Under the pieces are notes generated by a model that was given only the letters and a program-made list of their open reading frames with translations, had not been told where the DNA came from and made no database searches. From positions 1 to 64,000 of IMG/VR virus record IMGVR_UViG_3300046512_000087: 64,000 bases of DNA; one strand, written 5' to 3'. Made by a program: the position numbers and the translations under genes. The DNA is from a virus. Positions 17,901 through 28,460 of this stretch are shown here, one piece after another (within the stretch, counting starts at the first letter, position 1; every line of letters starts with the position of its first letter).

Positions 17901-19282
17901 TTGAACCAGTCCCCGCTAATGGAGAAGCAGTTGTAGGTCACCCCTCTCACGTTATCTTGGGAGTTAACCACGATCATGAACTCCTGGCCTGGAAAGTTCG
18001 GGATATCACGGAGGATCTGCCCACTGGAGAAGGGCTGTGAAGTGGTCCCGTTGTTCTGTGGGATCTTGTTCAGGATCGGCACATAGCCGGGCAGGATTCC
18101 CCGCAGGGTCTTACCAAGGTCCGTGCTCTGCAAGATGTAACTCGGGTGCAACACCAGAGCCTGATCAGCAGGGTTAGGGTATTGCAAGGACAGCGCTGTA
18201 CCTATGCCCTGTGGGTTGCCACTGTAGTTACTCGAACCCTGGTTAATCCCTAGGGTGCAGAACAGGGGCTTAACAGGGCCACTGAGGACATTCACGTCCT
18301 TCAACAAAATCTGACCACCCCAAATATCTCCGCCGCCCAGGGGGATATTACCTCCTTGAGCCATTACGTTTGGCTGACTGAAGTAATACCCAGCGTTGGG
18401 GTCAGTCACCGTACCTGTGGTGCCAAGATAGTTTTCATGGGCTAGCAACAGAGCATTGAAAGGGTCCCCCTGCTTGTAACTGTCGAACTCCCCGAAGGCG
18501 TAGGTAGAGTGGTCCCTGAAGGTGGCATCAAGCGGTTGGATGCTGGAGTCCACATGGGCTCGGGTACACATCAGATAGAACATCCGGTCGGTGCCGATGA
18601 TGTACCAGGACCTTGGGCCAGCCGGTGGATCTGGTTGGGTATGCAAGTCGTAGTTGGCGACACCAGAGTGATACCACTTGAACCAGCCCCCGGAACAGTA
18701 GCTCTTATTCGGGAGTACAGGATCAAAGGGAGCCACGTTCGAGCCATGGGTATCGATATCAATCATGGTGTCAGACATGGATACCCGCCCGAAGGCCGAC
18801 TTGATGCCCCAGCCTGCTTGGCCAACACCATTATCTACCCGCAGGAAAGGCCTGTTGCCCTTGGTGTTCGGGGACCGGTAAACCTGCTTGGTTGCTGTTC
18901 CGGTGAAAGGACGCTCGAAGCCCAGGGGAGCTACCTTGGCTGCAATGGTGCTCGCCGTGGTGGCAGGCGACACAGTTACCGGGTCCACCGCAAAAGTGAA
19001 GGTCGTGGTTGTGACTGTGAGGATCTTCTGCTCACCGTTGTAGTTGGTCTGGTCACAGCCGGTGATGTTGATGATCTGGCTGCGCTCATAACCGTGGCCC
19101 GCACTTACCGTCGCGGTGGCGATGCCTCCTACCTGTACCAGGGAGTCCAGGCTGCGCAGGTTGAAGCCGTCTACCAGCACGGCATTCAAAACAGTAATTA
19201 GGTCACCCCACTGGTTGCTGAGGGTAGGAGCCCCACCCTGGCTCCACTTGAAAAACTTCACTGGGTACTTAGCGGCCATCAA
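17897..19282 (-). CDS. tail protein
   Basis: GAPTLS..WGDLITVLNAVLVDGF N-terminus typical of siphovirus tail-tip proteins. Confidence 0.65.
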   Translation of the reverse strand: MMAAKYPVKFFKWSQGGAPTLSNQWGDLITVLNAVLVDGFNLRSLDSLVQVGGIATATVSAGHGYERSQIINITGCDQTNYNGEQKILTVTTTTFTFAVDPVTVSPATTASTIAAKVAPLGFERPFTGTATKQVYRSPNTKGNRPFLRVDNGVGQAGWGIKSAFGRVSMSDTMIDIDTHGSNVAPFDPVLPNKSYCSGGWFKWYHSGVANYDLHTQPDPPAGPRSWYIIGTDRMFYLMCTRAHVDSSIQPLDATFRDHSTYAFGEFDSYKQGDPFNALLLAHENYLGTTGTVTDPNAGYYFSQPNVMAQGGNIPLGGGDIWGGQILLKDVNVLSGPVKPLFCTLGINQGSSNYSGNPQGIGTALSLQYPNPADQALVLHPSYILQSTDLGKTLRGILPGYVPILNKIPQNNGTTSQPFSSGQILRDIPNFPGQEFMIVVNSQDNVRGVTYNCFSISGDWFK

Positions 19283-19329
19283 AAATCTCCTGCAATTGAT
19301 TGCACGGGCCGGAGCCCGCGTCTTGAAAT

Positions 19330-22300
19330 TTAAACCCGGTCAATATCGCCACGGATCTGGAGGCTGAAACTGTCGGAATCCTCAGTTGCAGGGCCTTGAA
19401 GCACTGTTCTTGCAGCCCAGATAGGGTAGTTACAGGCAGCGGTGTTGAACCTTAGCACGTTGCCCGCCGCCCAACCAGAACCCCACCCCAGCGCGTCCAG
19501 CTCGAAATACGGGGCATTGGTGGCCGGGTTTACCGGGGCCAGGGTGGTGTTGGTGTCTCCTACCCCGATCTGGCCAACCTGCTCACCGACGATACGGAAC
19601 GATGTGGAGCTGGTGAAGATCAGGGCCCAGCGTTCTTCCAGAGCACCTTTGTTGGTGGTCCGTGGTGGGTACTGCACACCGTTGTAGTTGGCAATCGGCG
19701 CCGTGCCAATCAGGGAGTCAGACCACTCATTCGTCCAGGACGTCTGGGCCATCCGGTTGTACACCCGGGCCTGGATGTCACTGATGATCAGCGCCGAACT
19801 CACCTTGCTGCCGGACGGGAAGGCATGGGTCAGCGTACGGGTCAGCTGCATCTGGCCGTTGATCTGCACATCACTGCACAGCGCCATGTCTTCAATCCGG
19901 TGCTCGGCATAGATGGGCGCGGTGTAACCGGTCATGCTGAAAGTCGGCAACAGGGTCAGGGTCCCGGCATCGGGGTTGTTTGTGTACATGGTGCTCGGGA
20001 AATACTTGCCGGTGACATCCACCAACCGGATTGAAGCCACACGGGTACGGCCAACGTTTACGGTCTGGCCAATCGCTGGGCTTGAGAACACGGTCTGGTC
20101 AGTGTGGTGGACTACAACGGTGTCACCTACCCGGAAGATCGGCACACGGCCATCAGACGGCAAGCGCACAGCGTCCAGGCCAAGGATGTCAGCGTCCAGC
20201 GGGATGTAGGTATAGCCCACTGCGTTGTACAGGATGCTGTCGGCATACACCGGGCGGGGGGCCAGGAAGTATCGGGCCTGAGCGTTACCAGTGCCCTCCA
20301 CGAAGGAGAGGCTTTCGTCATACCAAGGCTCAGCCCGCACATCGTCAGTAACGAGAACTTTTTCCTGGAAGAACACCCGGACGACACCACTGGCGTAGTC
20401 GATGTATCCAGAGATGCCTGGGTGCTCAATTTTACCGGTGCTGTCAGCAGTCACAATAACCTGTCCGGTAGTGCTTCCCAGTTGCAGAACCCGGATCTGG
20501 AAGCTGGAAGGGCGTACTGGGGCCACCGGGCAGCGGAACACAACCTGATCTACAGGGGCGGGAGTGGTCTCGGTAGACAGGCCCTGCATGGTGATGGTGT
20601 TGCTGCTACCAGGGTTCCAGTCGGTCAGGATTACCTTGCCACTTGCGTAGTCAACGGTGCCACCTACGATCCCGGCGCCGTTTTGTGCGTTAACCGCGTG
20701 ATACAGGGTGCCCAGGCCCAGCAGGTCAACATAGGTCTCAGTGCCTACGACCATACGGACAGACCCCGGGACAATCGACTCTGCATAGCCAAAGGTCAGA
20801 TCGAACACGATGTTCGGCAGGGTGTAGGTCTCTTCGTTAGAGTCCAGAGCCCCAACCTCACGCCACTTCAGGGTTACTGTGCCGCTGTTGTCAAATGGGT
20901 AGGTGGCGTTAACCGCAGCCAAGTCCCAGCGGGTCATCTGGTAGCGCAGGACAGGGCTGGTTTTCACAGTCGTGCCGATCCCTACACCGCCACCGGTATT
21001 CACCGTGACTGTAGTCTTCTCACCAGTATCTACCCACTCAAAGAACGGGATGTAGATCTGGGTAGGGACTTCAGGGGTGAAGCCCACCAGACCGGAGTCG
21101 TAGTTGACGAAGCCAGCCTGGAACACGCCATCCCGGCGCCACATGCCAGTACCCACGCCATTACCGGCACCACCGTTTGGCACGTCGTAGGCATAGGCCT
21201 CAGCAGCGGTGCCAGTAGGGGGGCTGATCAGTGGAGTACCCAAACCAGCGCCTACCTCGGTGTTGTAGTTCGGGATGGCGAGATCCCACCGCAGTTCAAC
21301 ACTCCCGGGGATGATGTCGGCATTGCCGTTGTCATTCGGGATATACAGCTGAATTGAGCCATCCACCTGCCGCAGGGGATTGGTAGAGAACTCCTTTGCC
21401 ACACCCACATCGTAGGTCACGGTGAAGACAGTGCCTTTCTGTGGCAGAACACCTGGGGTCATCTTGATAGTGCCCTGGGTGTAGTTCACGGTCCCGGTAG
21501 CCCGGCCAACAATGCCGCCAGTACCGTTGTCGTGTGCCTCAAAATCCAGGTCACCCTCTTTCCAGGTGATGTGCAACGAGTTGGCTGCGATGTTTGGCTT
21601 GGCTGTAGTCAGCCGGATTTCAACACCTGGAACCGGGATCGAAGTGCGGACAAAGGTGGAGACCTTCTTGCCCCAGGCGAAGATGATTTCCGACCCGGCG
21701 TCAGGCAGGGCGCCACAGGTCATGACGATAGTGCCGGTGCCGTAGTTGACCACACCAGAACCGAAAGCCGAATCAGTGCCCTTGATGGCCCCGGCGCCTT
21801 GGTCATACAGGTAGTAGTTCTTGCCCTGGGCGGTGTAGCTCACGTTCAGAGAGCCAGGGACCGGAGGCGGGAACACCGTCACAACGTAGTTGTAGCCACG
21901 GTTTTCCTGGCCCACGGCAATCGACGCAGTGTCAGCCAGACGAGTTGGGTTTGCCCCCGGCACAAACGTTACGGGGATCATGCCCTGGTAGTTGCCGGTG
22001 TAGTTCGGGTTGAAGGTCAGGATGCCCTTATCGTATTCGATAGAGCCCACCTGGAGCCCGGACTGATACAAGCTGCCGTTGCTGTCATCAGTGATTGCGC
22101 TGCCAGCCAGTACCGACATGGTGCCCGGCTGCACAGGGGAGCCCACATACATTTTCTTACCCTGGGAGATCAGGGCGTTCAGGCTCACTGTCACCGAAGT
22201 AGAAGCTGCCGCAATCCCGATGAACACAAGGCTGCCCGCCGACAAGTCACCCATAGGGATCTCGGACTGGGAGCTTGGAACCAGCTGGGTAAAGATCGAC

Positions 22301-23073
22301 TCAGCCTGGATGGTGCTGTCCCCGATGTTGCGTGGGGTTTGCAGGTTGGAGATCCCGTAGTACACAGCGGCGTTGGCCACAACGGTATCCCGGACGAATG
22401 CGGTACTTGCGGGCAGGGCTACTTGAGAGTTCTCAAAAGCCTGAACAGTTGGACCGGCAAAGGTGTAGCGCAGGGGTTCGCTGATTTCTACCGTGCAGAC
22501 CCGGCGCAGCAGATCCTGTGACCCAGAGCCAACAATCACAGTGAAATACCGGTCAACCGAACTCACCTTGGTCACCCGGACGTACTGCTCTACCTCGGTG
22601 CTCAGGCCTTCGTTGGACAACAGGACAAGGCCCTGGCCCACATTGGGCTCGGCATCAGTAGGGCGCAGTGCCAGTTGGATTGCTCGCTGCCCAGTGATCT
22701 GGGTTTCCAGCAAATGGCCGGACCAGCGCGGGCCGCGAGCCAGATAGGCTTCGATACGGTCACGGGCATCAGTGCGGCGGTCGCTCCAGCTCTTGGTGGT
22801 GAACAGCGTCACCGAGACATTCGGGTCCACTGGCGACTTGCTGACAATCGCGTTCACACCGTAGTAGCTGTCGGTATTGGTGGTCAGTACCGCTGCATAG
22901 CATTTGCGCAACGACACCCGGCCATAGGTACGGTCCAGCTCCGAGATGTCGGGGAACATGTTGTTCGACACCCCGTCAACGATCTCGTTGGAGGTCAGGT
23001 AACCGCCGCCGTCGTCGGTGTCGAGCATCACCTCGGATTTCAGCAGCTTGATATCGCCTTCAGCAATTGCCAT
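19330..23073 (-). CDS. large tail tip structural protein
   Basis: 1247 aa; DIKLLKS..DTDDGGG..NNMFPDISELDRTYGRVSLRK N-terminus; repeated G.VDY..G motifs. Confidence 0.75.
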   Translation of the reverse strand: MAIAEGDIKLLKSEVMLDTDDGGGYLTSNEIVDGVSNNMFPDISELDRTYGRVSLRKCYAAVLTTNTDSYYGVNAIVSKSPVDPNVSVTLFTTKSWSDRRTDARDRIEAYLARGPRWSGHLLETQITGQRAIQLALRPTDAEPNVGQGLVLLSNEGLSTEVEQYVRVTKVSSVDRYFTVIVGSGSQDLLRRVCTVEISEPLRYTFAGPTVQAFENSQVALPASTAFVRDTVVANAAVYYGISNLQTPRNIGDSTIQAESIFTQLVPSSQSEIPMGDLSAGSLVFIGIAAASTSVTVSLNALISQGKKMYVGSPVQPGTMSVLAGSAITDDSNGSLYQSGLQVGSIEYDKGILTFNPNYTGNYQGMIPVTFVPGANPTRLADTASIAVGQENRGYNYVVTVFPPPVPGSLNVSYTAQGKNYYLYDQGAGAIKGTDSAFGSGVVNYGTGTIVMTCGALPDAGSEIIFAWGKKVSTFVRTSIPVPGVEIRLTTAKPNIAANSLHITWKEGDLDFEAHDNGTGGIVGRATGTVNYTQGTIKMTPGVLPQKGTVFTVTYDVGVAKEFSTNPLRQVDGSIQLYIPNDNGNADIIPGSVELRWDLAIPNYNTEVGAGLGTPLISPPTGTAAEAYAYDVPNGGAGNGVGTGMWRRDGVFQAGFVNYDSGLVGFTPEVPTQIYIPFFEWVDTGEKTTVTVNTGGGVGIGTTVKTSPVLRYQMTRWDLAAVNATYPFDNSGTVTLKWREVGALDSNEETYTLPNIVFDLTFGYAESIVPGSVRMVVGTETYVDLLGLGTLYHAVNAQNGAGIVGGTVDYASGKVILTDWNPGSSNTITMQGLSTETTPAPVDQVVFRCPVAPVRPSSFQIRVLQLGSTTGQVIVTADSTGKIEHPGISGYIDYASGVVRVFFQEKVLVTDDVRAEPWYDESLSFVEGTGNAQARYFLAPRPVYADSILYNAVGYTYIPLDADILGLDAVRLPSDGRVPIFRVGDTVVVHHTDQTVFSSPAIGQTVNVGRTRVASIRLVDVTGKYFPSTMYTNNPDAGTLTLLPTFSMTGYTAPIYAEHRIEDMALCSDVQINGQMQLTRTLTHAFPSGSKVSSALIISDIQARVYNRMAQTSWTNEWSDSLIGTAPIANYNGVQYPPRTTNKGALEERWALIFTSSTSFRIVGEQVGQIGVGDTNTTLAPVNPATNAPYFELDALGWGSGWAAGNVLRFNTAACNYPIWAARTVLQGPATEDSDSFSLQIRGDIDRV

Positions 23074-23486
23074 TACTCGATCTCCATCAATTTAATAGTC
23101 ACGCGATACCATGCGTTTGCATCATTGGCTTGCCAACGGTAAACGGGTACTGCCTGCACAGGGTTGTCTTCGTGGCGAAAACGGACAATAAACTCCCGAT
23201 CCGCCGAATCGTCGTACTGTATCACGAGCTTCAGCCTCCGATCTGGCGTATTGGCCCACTCCCGCAGCAGCAACAGGCCCGGGCGCTGAATCCAGGACAT
23301 CTCATCATCGGCAGGCTCCAGGTCAATCTCCCGGCCCAACACCTTGGCTGCCGACTGGATAATCAGAGCGCCTGTCAGGGACCGGTCCACCTTGGCAGTG
23401 GCGTTGATCCAGTCCAGCTCATTGGTCCACAGCAGGTTGGTCGGCAGAGCCATGGACGTGCCGGAGGTGAGGTCAATCAGGTTCAT
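23073..23486 (-). CDS. distal tail protein
   Basis: Immediately follows the tape measure; W..E..W, SLTGALIIQ, GREIDL. Confidence 0.65.
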   Translation of the reverse strand: MNLIDLTSGTSMALPTNLLWTNELDWINATAKVDRSLTGALIIQSAAKVLGREIDLEPADDEMSWIQRPGLLLLREWANTPDRRLKLVIQYDDSADREFIVRFRHEDNPVQAVPVYRWQANDANAWYRVTIKLMEIE

Positions 23487-26400
23487 GAACGTTTCCTTGC
23501 TTGGCTGAGCATGTCCAGCAGGTTATTAGCATCGTTTTCCGGCACTTTCAATGAGGCTTTCGAATCCCCGTTGGTGAAATCTACCTGAACGATCCGGTCT
23601 GGTATCAGCACCGTGGAGTTTGCAATTGATTGCACGGGAGCCTGGGCAGCAGTCGTGCTCGGCAGGTCGGCCACCAAGTTCGTGGTGAACTGGCTCTGGA
23701 AGGCAGCCCTTTCACTCAGGCGGTCAATCTGGGCCCGCTGGCGCTGTTCATCCGCGTTGCTGCCTGCCTCCTTCTGGTTTTGCAGGGAGTCCTGAGCCTG
23801 GGACTGCATGTCAGCCAGATCAGTGACACCCTTCTTATCCGCCTCAAGCTGAGCTTTCTTGGCAGCAGCATCTTTCTTCGCCGCATCCTCAGAAGTCTTG
23901 GCCTTTTTGACGTCAATCGCTTCCAGCTGGTCCAGGTAGCCCTTGGAACGCTCGTAGGCAGAGGCAGCAGTAGACAGAGACTGTTCCAGCGCCTGGGTAG
24001 GCAGGCCAGCAGCCTGGGCCGTGACGATAGCCCCCTGGATCTTCAGTTGCAGCAACTGGTATTCCAGAGCCAAGTCCTGTTTCCGTGCCTCGTACTGGAG
24101 GCGGGTGGCCTCGGTCTGTTTGCCCTGGGCATTCAGCAGCTCGATTTGCAGGTTGTTGGCCGAGGTCAGGAAGCTGGTAGCCGCATCATTGGCCGACTTG
24201 GCAACCTGGGCAGCCTGGATCTGAACCTGTTGCAGGGCCAGAGACACCGCATCAGTTTTACCACTGAAGATCTCCTGGGCCTGGGCAGCAGTGAGCACAC
24301 CAGTAGCGATCAGGTCAGCCTTGGAAGCGATATCAGAGTAGTCACTGGAGATCTTCGCTGCCTTGTCCTGCTGGGCCTGCTGGCTCTTGGTGATTCGGTC
24401 AATGCTCTTGGAGATCCGGTCGTACTGGGCAACACCTTCGGCACCGAAGGCAGCCACAGCCTCCTGGCCCTGCAACAACTGCTTGGCGGTAGCGTTGGCA
24501 TCGGACAAGGAGAGCCCGGCCTGTTGCAGTTGCTCAACAATAGACTTCACGTCCCATGTAGCAATGGACTTGCCAACCAGGGTGGATTGGACCACGACCT
24601 GGGCGATAGCGGTGGAAGCCTTGCCGATGTCTCCTACAGCCACACCCATCTCGTCGGCATAGGCCTTGGCCTGTTCTACCGCCTGCTTGGTGGACTCAAC
24701 GAGGTTGTCTGTCTCAGCCACAGCCTCTTTGGCCTGCTCTACAGCCAGCTCTTTTTGGTCAGACTCCTGCTTAGCGAGGTCTGCCGCTTTCTGAGCACCT
24801 TCGTCATTCGGGTTCAGCTCTACCTTTTTCTCGGCATTCAGCTCGCGCTGCTTGGCAATCAAGGCGTTGATCTCAGTCAGCTCCAGGCGATACCGGGCCT
24901 GGGCCGCGTTCTTCTCAGCTTCAGCCTCGGCAACTACAGCCTTCTGGTAGGTCAGCTGGATCTGGATTTCCTTCGAGTTATCCGTCCGGGCCTTCTTGGT
25001 CAAGTCCACCAGCTTGCGTTGCTCGGTCTCCAGGTTGTTGCTGGCAGCCTGCACGGCGGTGTTGGCCTTACCGGCGTTGGCCTGGGCCTGTGCCAGTTCG
25101 GTAGCCTGCTGTGCCAGGGTCATGATCGAAGCCTTGGCGCCTGTGGCCTTCTCTTTGATCTGATCCAGGGCAATGTTGAGTTGGGTGCCCGAGATAACCC
25201 CAGCAGCCCCCATGGACCTCACAGTGGCGGTGAGGGCATCAAACTCGGTGCGGGTGTTGGCTGACTTCAACTGGGTGTCGAACAGGTCCTGGAATTTGGC
25301 CTGGGCCTCACTCAAGGCATCCTTGTAGGTCTGGCCGAACACTGCCCCGGCGTCCTTCGCTTTATTCAACTCGGTGATCAACGACTGCACATCTTGCAGG
25401 GTCTGGGTTTGCCCCAAGCTGGAGTTGAACACCTTCAGGAACTCTTCACCAGTCAAGCGCGCAGAGCCACCGGTCTTCTCCAGGGCAGCGGCGATATCAG
25501 CGAAGGCTTGCACACCTTCCTTGCCCGCCTGGGACAGACCCGACTGAAGGTTCTCCAACGGAAGGTTCAGGGCGCGCAGGGGAGCAGACAAGTCCGAGTT
25601 CTGGAATTCGGTGTTCAGGTCCGAGATCTTCTGGGCGGTGCGGACAAAAGCGGCACTCAGCTCGGTGTTGGTGATCACGCCTTTCTTCTGGAGTTGATCC
25701 AAGCTCTCTTCCAGTACCAGCACGTCGGCCACGGTCTTGGAGCCTTCCAGGCTGGAGTTGAACAGCTCACCGAACTGGATGCGGGCGGCGCTCACCGATT
25801 GGCTGGTGTCGAACAGGCGCAGGTTGGCCTGGACCAGAGCACCAGAAACCTGGTTCAGCTCGTCAATGGTCTTGGTGGCCCCGATGCCTTGAGAGAATGC
25901 CTGGGAGAACTGAGCCCCGGTGGTCTTGGCATTGGTGGCCAAGTCAATCAGGTAGCCGGAGTTGTCCTTGATGTTCTTTGACAGGTTTACGAACAGGGTC
26001 TCGTCACCCAACTTGGCTATCGATACACCCAAAGCCTGGATGGTGGCCGAATACTGTTTCTCCACCCCGGCAAGGCTGGTGCCTACCTTGGCTGCCAGTA
26101 CCGACATTTGGCTCGCGGTGATATCCGCCGAACCTCCTAGGCGCTCGATGCTTGCCCGAATCTTGTTGCCCGCTGCAACGGCCTCCACCGAATTGATGGT
26201 GTTGTTGTTTTGAGCCTCAGTCAGTTTGCGAATATCTTCGATCACGTCGGCATAGCTGCTGCCCTTACCAACATCAGCCAGGGCTTTCTTCGCTTTGTCG
26301 GTGGTGTCGATCAGGCGCTGAACAGCGGTATTGCCATTCGAGAAGTCATTCATGATCGAGTTGAACGAGGTCTGGCTGGCCCCTGCTGCGTCCAGCAGCT

Positions 26401-27742
26401 TGGCACCGATCTTATCGATAGCGGCCCCCAGCTCCTTGTCGAACAAACTCACGATCTGGCCAATGCCAGTGAAGATGATGGCGAACAAGCCTTCCCAGCC
26501 AGCCACGATCAGAGTCACGACAGCGCCAATCAATCGGAAGCCGTCAGCCAGACCTGCCACCAGGAGAGCAATGGACTCCAGGATTGTGGCCAGCAAACTG
26601 GTCTTATCCAGCGCTACGATCAGGTTTGTGACCAGCTCGCCTACGGACTTCACCACCTCGCCCAAGGCTACCGTCACCAGTCCGATTGCCGGGGACAAGT
26701 TTGCAATCAATTGCACGAGCGAGGACAGGGTGGAGGACAAGGCCTGGGCAGCCTGAGTCAGCCCGGCGCCGAAGGTCTTACTGAAGTCCGAGGTCTCGCC
26801 CAGCTTTGTAGCGATAGACGCGATGGTCTTCAGCAACTCAGTAGCTGCAATCACCAGACCGCCGTAGGCAGGCAGCAACAGGTTACCCACCGCGTTGGCG
26901 GCTTCTTCCTGGTAACGGGACATCGACGACAGCTGCTTGCCTACCGTGCCAAGGGCAGCCTCGTAGGACCCACTGAGGGCCGTGGCTTCTTGCAGGGCAG
27001 CGTTCATCACCGCCTGCTGCTTCTGTTGCTGGGTCAAAGAGTCAGCGGACTTGCCAATGGTCTGAGCGAACTTCTCCTGTGCCGCATTCACGTCCACAGA
27101 CAGGCCCAGGTAGCGCAGGCCTTCAGTGTCAAGCTGGCGGATGTTAAGGATCAGAGCACTGAGAGTGTCAGACGAGTTCTGCCCGGTGACTACAGCCAAG
27201 TCCTGGGAAGCCCGGGCCAGTTCAGCAGCCTTGGACACGCCCTGGGCGTTCACCTGATTGAGGTTGATGCCCGCCTGGATCAGCTGGGTCAGGGAACTGC
27301 GAGCGGCACCGGTAGTGATGCCCAGGCTCTTCAGCTGGTTCTCGTACTTGGTCAGCTGTTCAGTCGAGTACCCGGCGTTGGCACCCACTACGCCCAGGGT
27401 CACACCCAGAGTCTCGGTGCGGGCGGCGGTGTCGGCAGCTTCCTTCAAGGTCATGACGCCAGCCAGGGCGATAAAGCCCAGGGCCAGCTTCTTGGCGTTG
27501 GAGGTGAGACTGGCAAGGATGCTGTTGAGGGGGTCGGAGCTGTCGGTCAGATCCTTGATGGTGTCCTTCGCGGCTTTGGAGGCCTCGTCAAGATCACCCA
27601 GGCCACTGGAAGCATCGTCGGCTGAGTCGCCAGTTTTCTTGGCGGCGTCCGAGGTGTCTCCCAGCGCTCCGGCCAGCTTGGCAACGTCGTTCAGGCCGTC
27701 AACCAATGCCTGAATACGAATTGCAAGGGTTGCGTCGGCCAT
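23483..27742 (-). CDS. tail tape measure protein
   Basis: 1419 aa, Ala/Gln/Leu-rich and helical; follows the chaperone genes. Confidence 0.92.
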   Translation of the reverse strand: MADATLAIRIQALVDGLNDVAKLAGALGDTSDAAKKTGDSADDASSGLGDLDEASKAAKDTIKDLTDSSDPLNSILASLTSNAKKLALGFIALAGVMTLKEAADTAARTETLGVTLGVVGANAGYSTEQLTKYENQLKSLGITTGAARSSLTQLIQAGINLNQVNAQGVSKAAELARASQDLAVVTGQNSSDTLSALILNIRQLDTEGLRYLGLSVDVNAAQEKFAQTIGKSADSLTQQQKQQAVMNAALQEATALSGSYEAALGTVGKQLSSMSRYQEEAANAVGNLLLPAYGGLVIAATELLKTIASIATKLGETSDFSKTFGAGLTQAAQALSSTLSSLVQLIANLSPAIGLVTVALGEVVKSVGELVTNLIVALDKTSLLATILESIALLVAGLADGFRLIGAVVTLIVAGWEGLFAIIFTGIGQIVSLFDKELGAAIDKIGAKLLDAAGASQTSFNSIMNDFSNGNTAVQRLIDTTDKAKKALADVGKGSSYADVIEDIRKLTEAQNNNTINSVEAVAAGNKIRASIERLGGSADITASQMSVLAAKVGTSLAGVEKQYSATIQALGVSIAKLGDETLFVNLSKNIKDNSGYLIDLATNAKTTGAQFSQAFSQGIGATKTIDELNQVSGALVQANLRLFDTSQSVSAARIQFGELFNSSLEGSKTVADVLVLEESLDQLQKKGVITNTELSAAFVRTAQKISDLNTEFQNSDLSAPLRALNLPLENLQSGLSQAGKEGVQAFADIAAALEKTGGSARLTGEEFLKVFNSSLGQTQTLQDVQSLITELNKAKDAGAVFGQTYKDALSEAQAKFQDLFDTQLKSANTRTEFDALTATVRSMGAAGVISGTQLNIALDQIKEKATGAKASIMTLAQQATELAQAQANAGKANTAVQAASNNLETEQRKLVDLTKKARTDNSKEIQIQLTYQKAVVAEAEAEKNAAQARYRLELTEINALIAKQRELNAEKKVELNPNDEGAQKAADLAKQESDQKELAVEQAKEAVAETDNLVESTKQAVEQAKAYADEMGVAVGDIGKASTAIAQVVVQSTLVGKSIATWDVKSIVEQLQQAGLSLSDANATAKQLLQGQEAVAAFGAEGVAQYDRISKSIDRITKSQQAQQDKAAKISSDYSDIASKADLIATGVLTAAQAQEIFSGKTDAVSLALQQVQIQAAQVAKSANDAATSFLTSANNLQIELLNAQGKQTEATRLQYEARKQDLALEYQLLQLKIQGAIVTAQAAGLPTQALEQSLSTAASAYERSKGYLDQLEAIDVKKAKTSEDAAKKDAAAKKAQLEADKKGVTDLADMQSQAQDSLQNQKEAGSNADEQRQRAQIDRLSERAAFQSQFTTNLVADLPSTTAAQAPVQSIANSTVLIPDRIVQVDFTNGDSKASLKVPENDANNLLDMLSQARKRS

Positions 27743-27750
27743 TTCGTTAC

Positions 27751-28032
27751 CTACTTGAGTTTCGTGAATTCTTCAATGACCTTCTGATCACTGCTTCTGG
27801 AGACCAATACTACGTTCAACAGCTCTACCGAACGATGATGATTGATAACCCGTATGGCCTCCAGATAACCGGTGAATTCAGGATAAGTGTATTCCGGGAG
27901 GTCTTCCCGCTTATGTCCAGCTTGGATCAGCTGGGCAAAGGCATAGAACCACCAAGAAACTTCAACTGAATTCCTTTGTTTAGACCCGCCAGAGCCGTTG
28001 ATAACTCGGGGACGACCTTTTGAATAAAAAAA
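27751..28032 (-). CDS. -1 frameshift extension of the tail chaperone (gpGT-like)
   Basis: GAT TTT TTT slippery site (28026-28032); the -1 frame is open to TAG at 27751, reading ...WWFYAFAQLIQAGHKREDLPEYTYPEFTGYLEAI... Confidence 0.75.
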   Translation of the reverse strand, partial: FFYSKGRPRVINGSGGSKQRNSVEVSWWFYAFAQLIQAGHKREDLPEYTYPEFTGYLEAIRVINHHRSVELLNVVLVSRSSDQKVIEEFTKLK

Positions 28033-28385
28033 TCAAGGTTCACCTCGACTACAGCCTTGGTCAGCTTGATCATCTGGTCGGGTTCCAGGTCGCCAATCCA
28101 TTCTTCGTTCACTGTCGGGTCGGCGGGCGACTGGATCTCGGCAATGAGCAGACACAGGGTGTGGGAGTGGCGCACCACCAGACTGGTGAGGTCGATGGTT
28201 TCTGCAACCTTGGTCTTGTTACGGTCGGGCTTACCCTTGAACAGGATCGACTTCATGGGCTCAACAAGTTCGATCACCTTGGGGAGCTGCTTCATACGGA
28301 TGGTGCGCGGGACAATCGTTTTGCCAGCGACTACCAGGGGCTCAGTGTTTCCTACCAGGGTGTTCAGATCTTGTGCATCAGACAT
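27927..28385 (-). CDS. tail assembly chaperone (gpG-like)
   Basis: Between major tail and tape measure genes; contains a slippery T7 run. Confidence 0.8.
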   Translation of the reverse strand: MSDAQDLNTLVGNTEPLVVAGKTIVPRTIRMKQLPKVIELVEPMKSILFKGKPDRNKTKVAETIDLTSLVVRHSHTLCLLIAEIQSPADPTVNEEWIGDLEPDQMIKLTKAVVEVNLDFFIQKVVPELSTALAGLNKGIQLKFLGGSMPLPS

Positions 28386-28460
28386 GTTAATACTCCATTA
28401 AAAGAAAAGGCCCCCTAAGGAGCCTTCGCATTCTGTTGCTTCGTGCAATCAATTGCAAGA

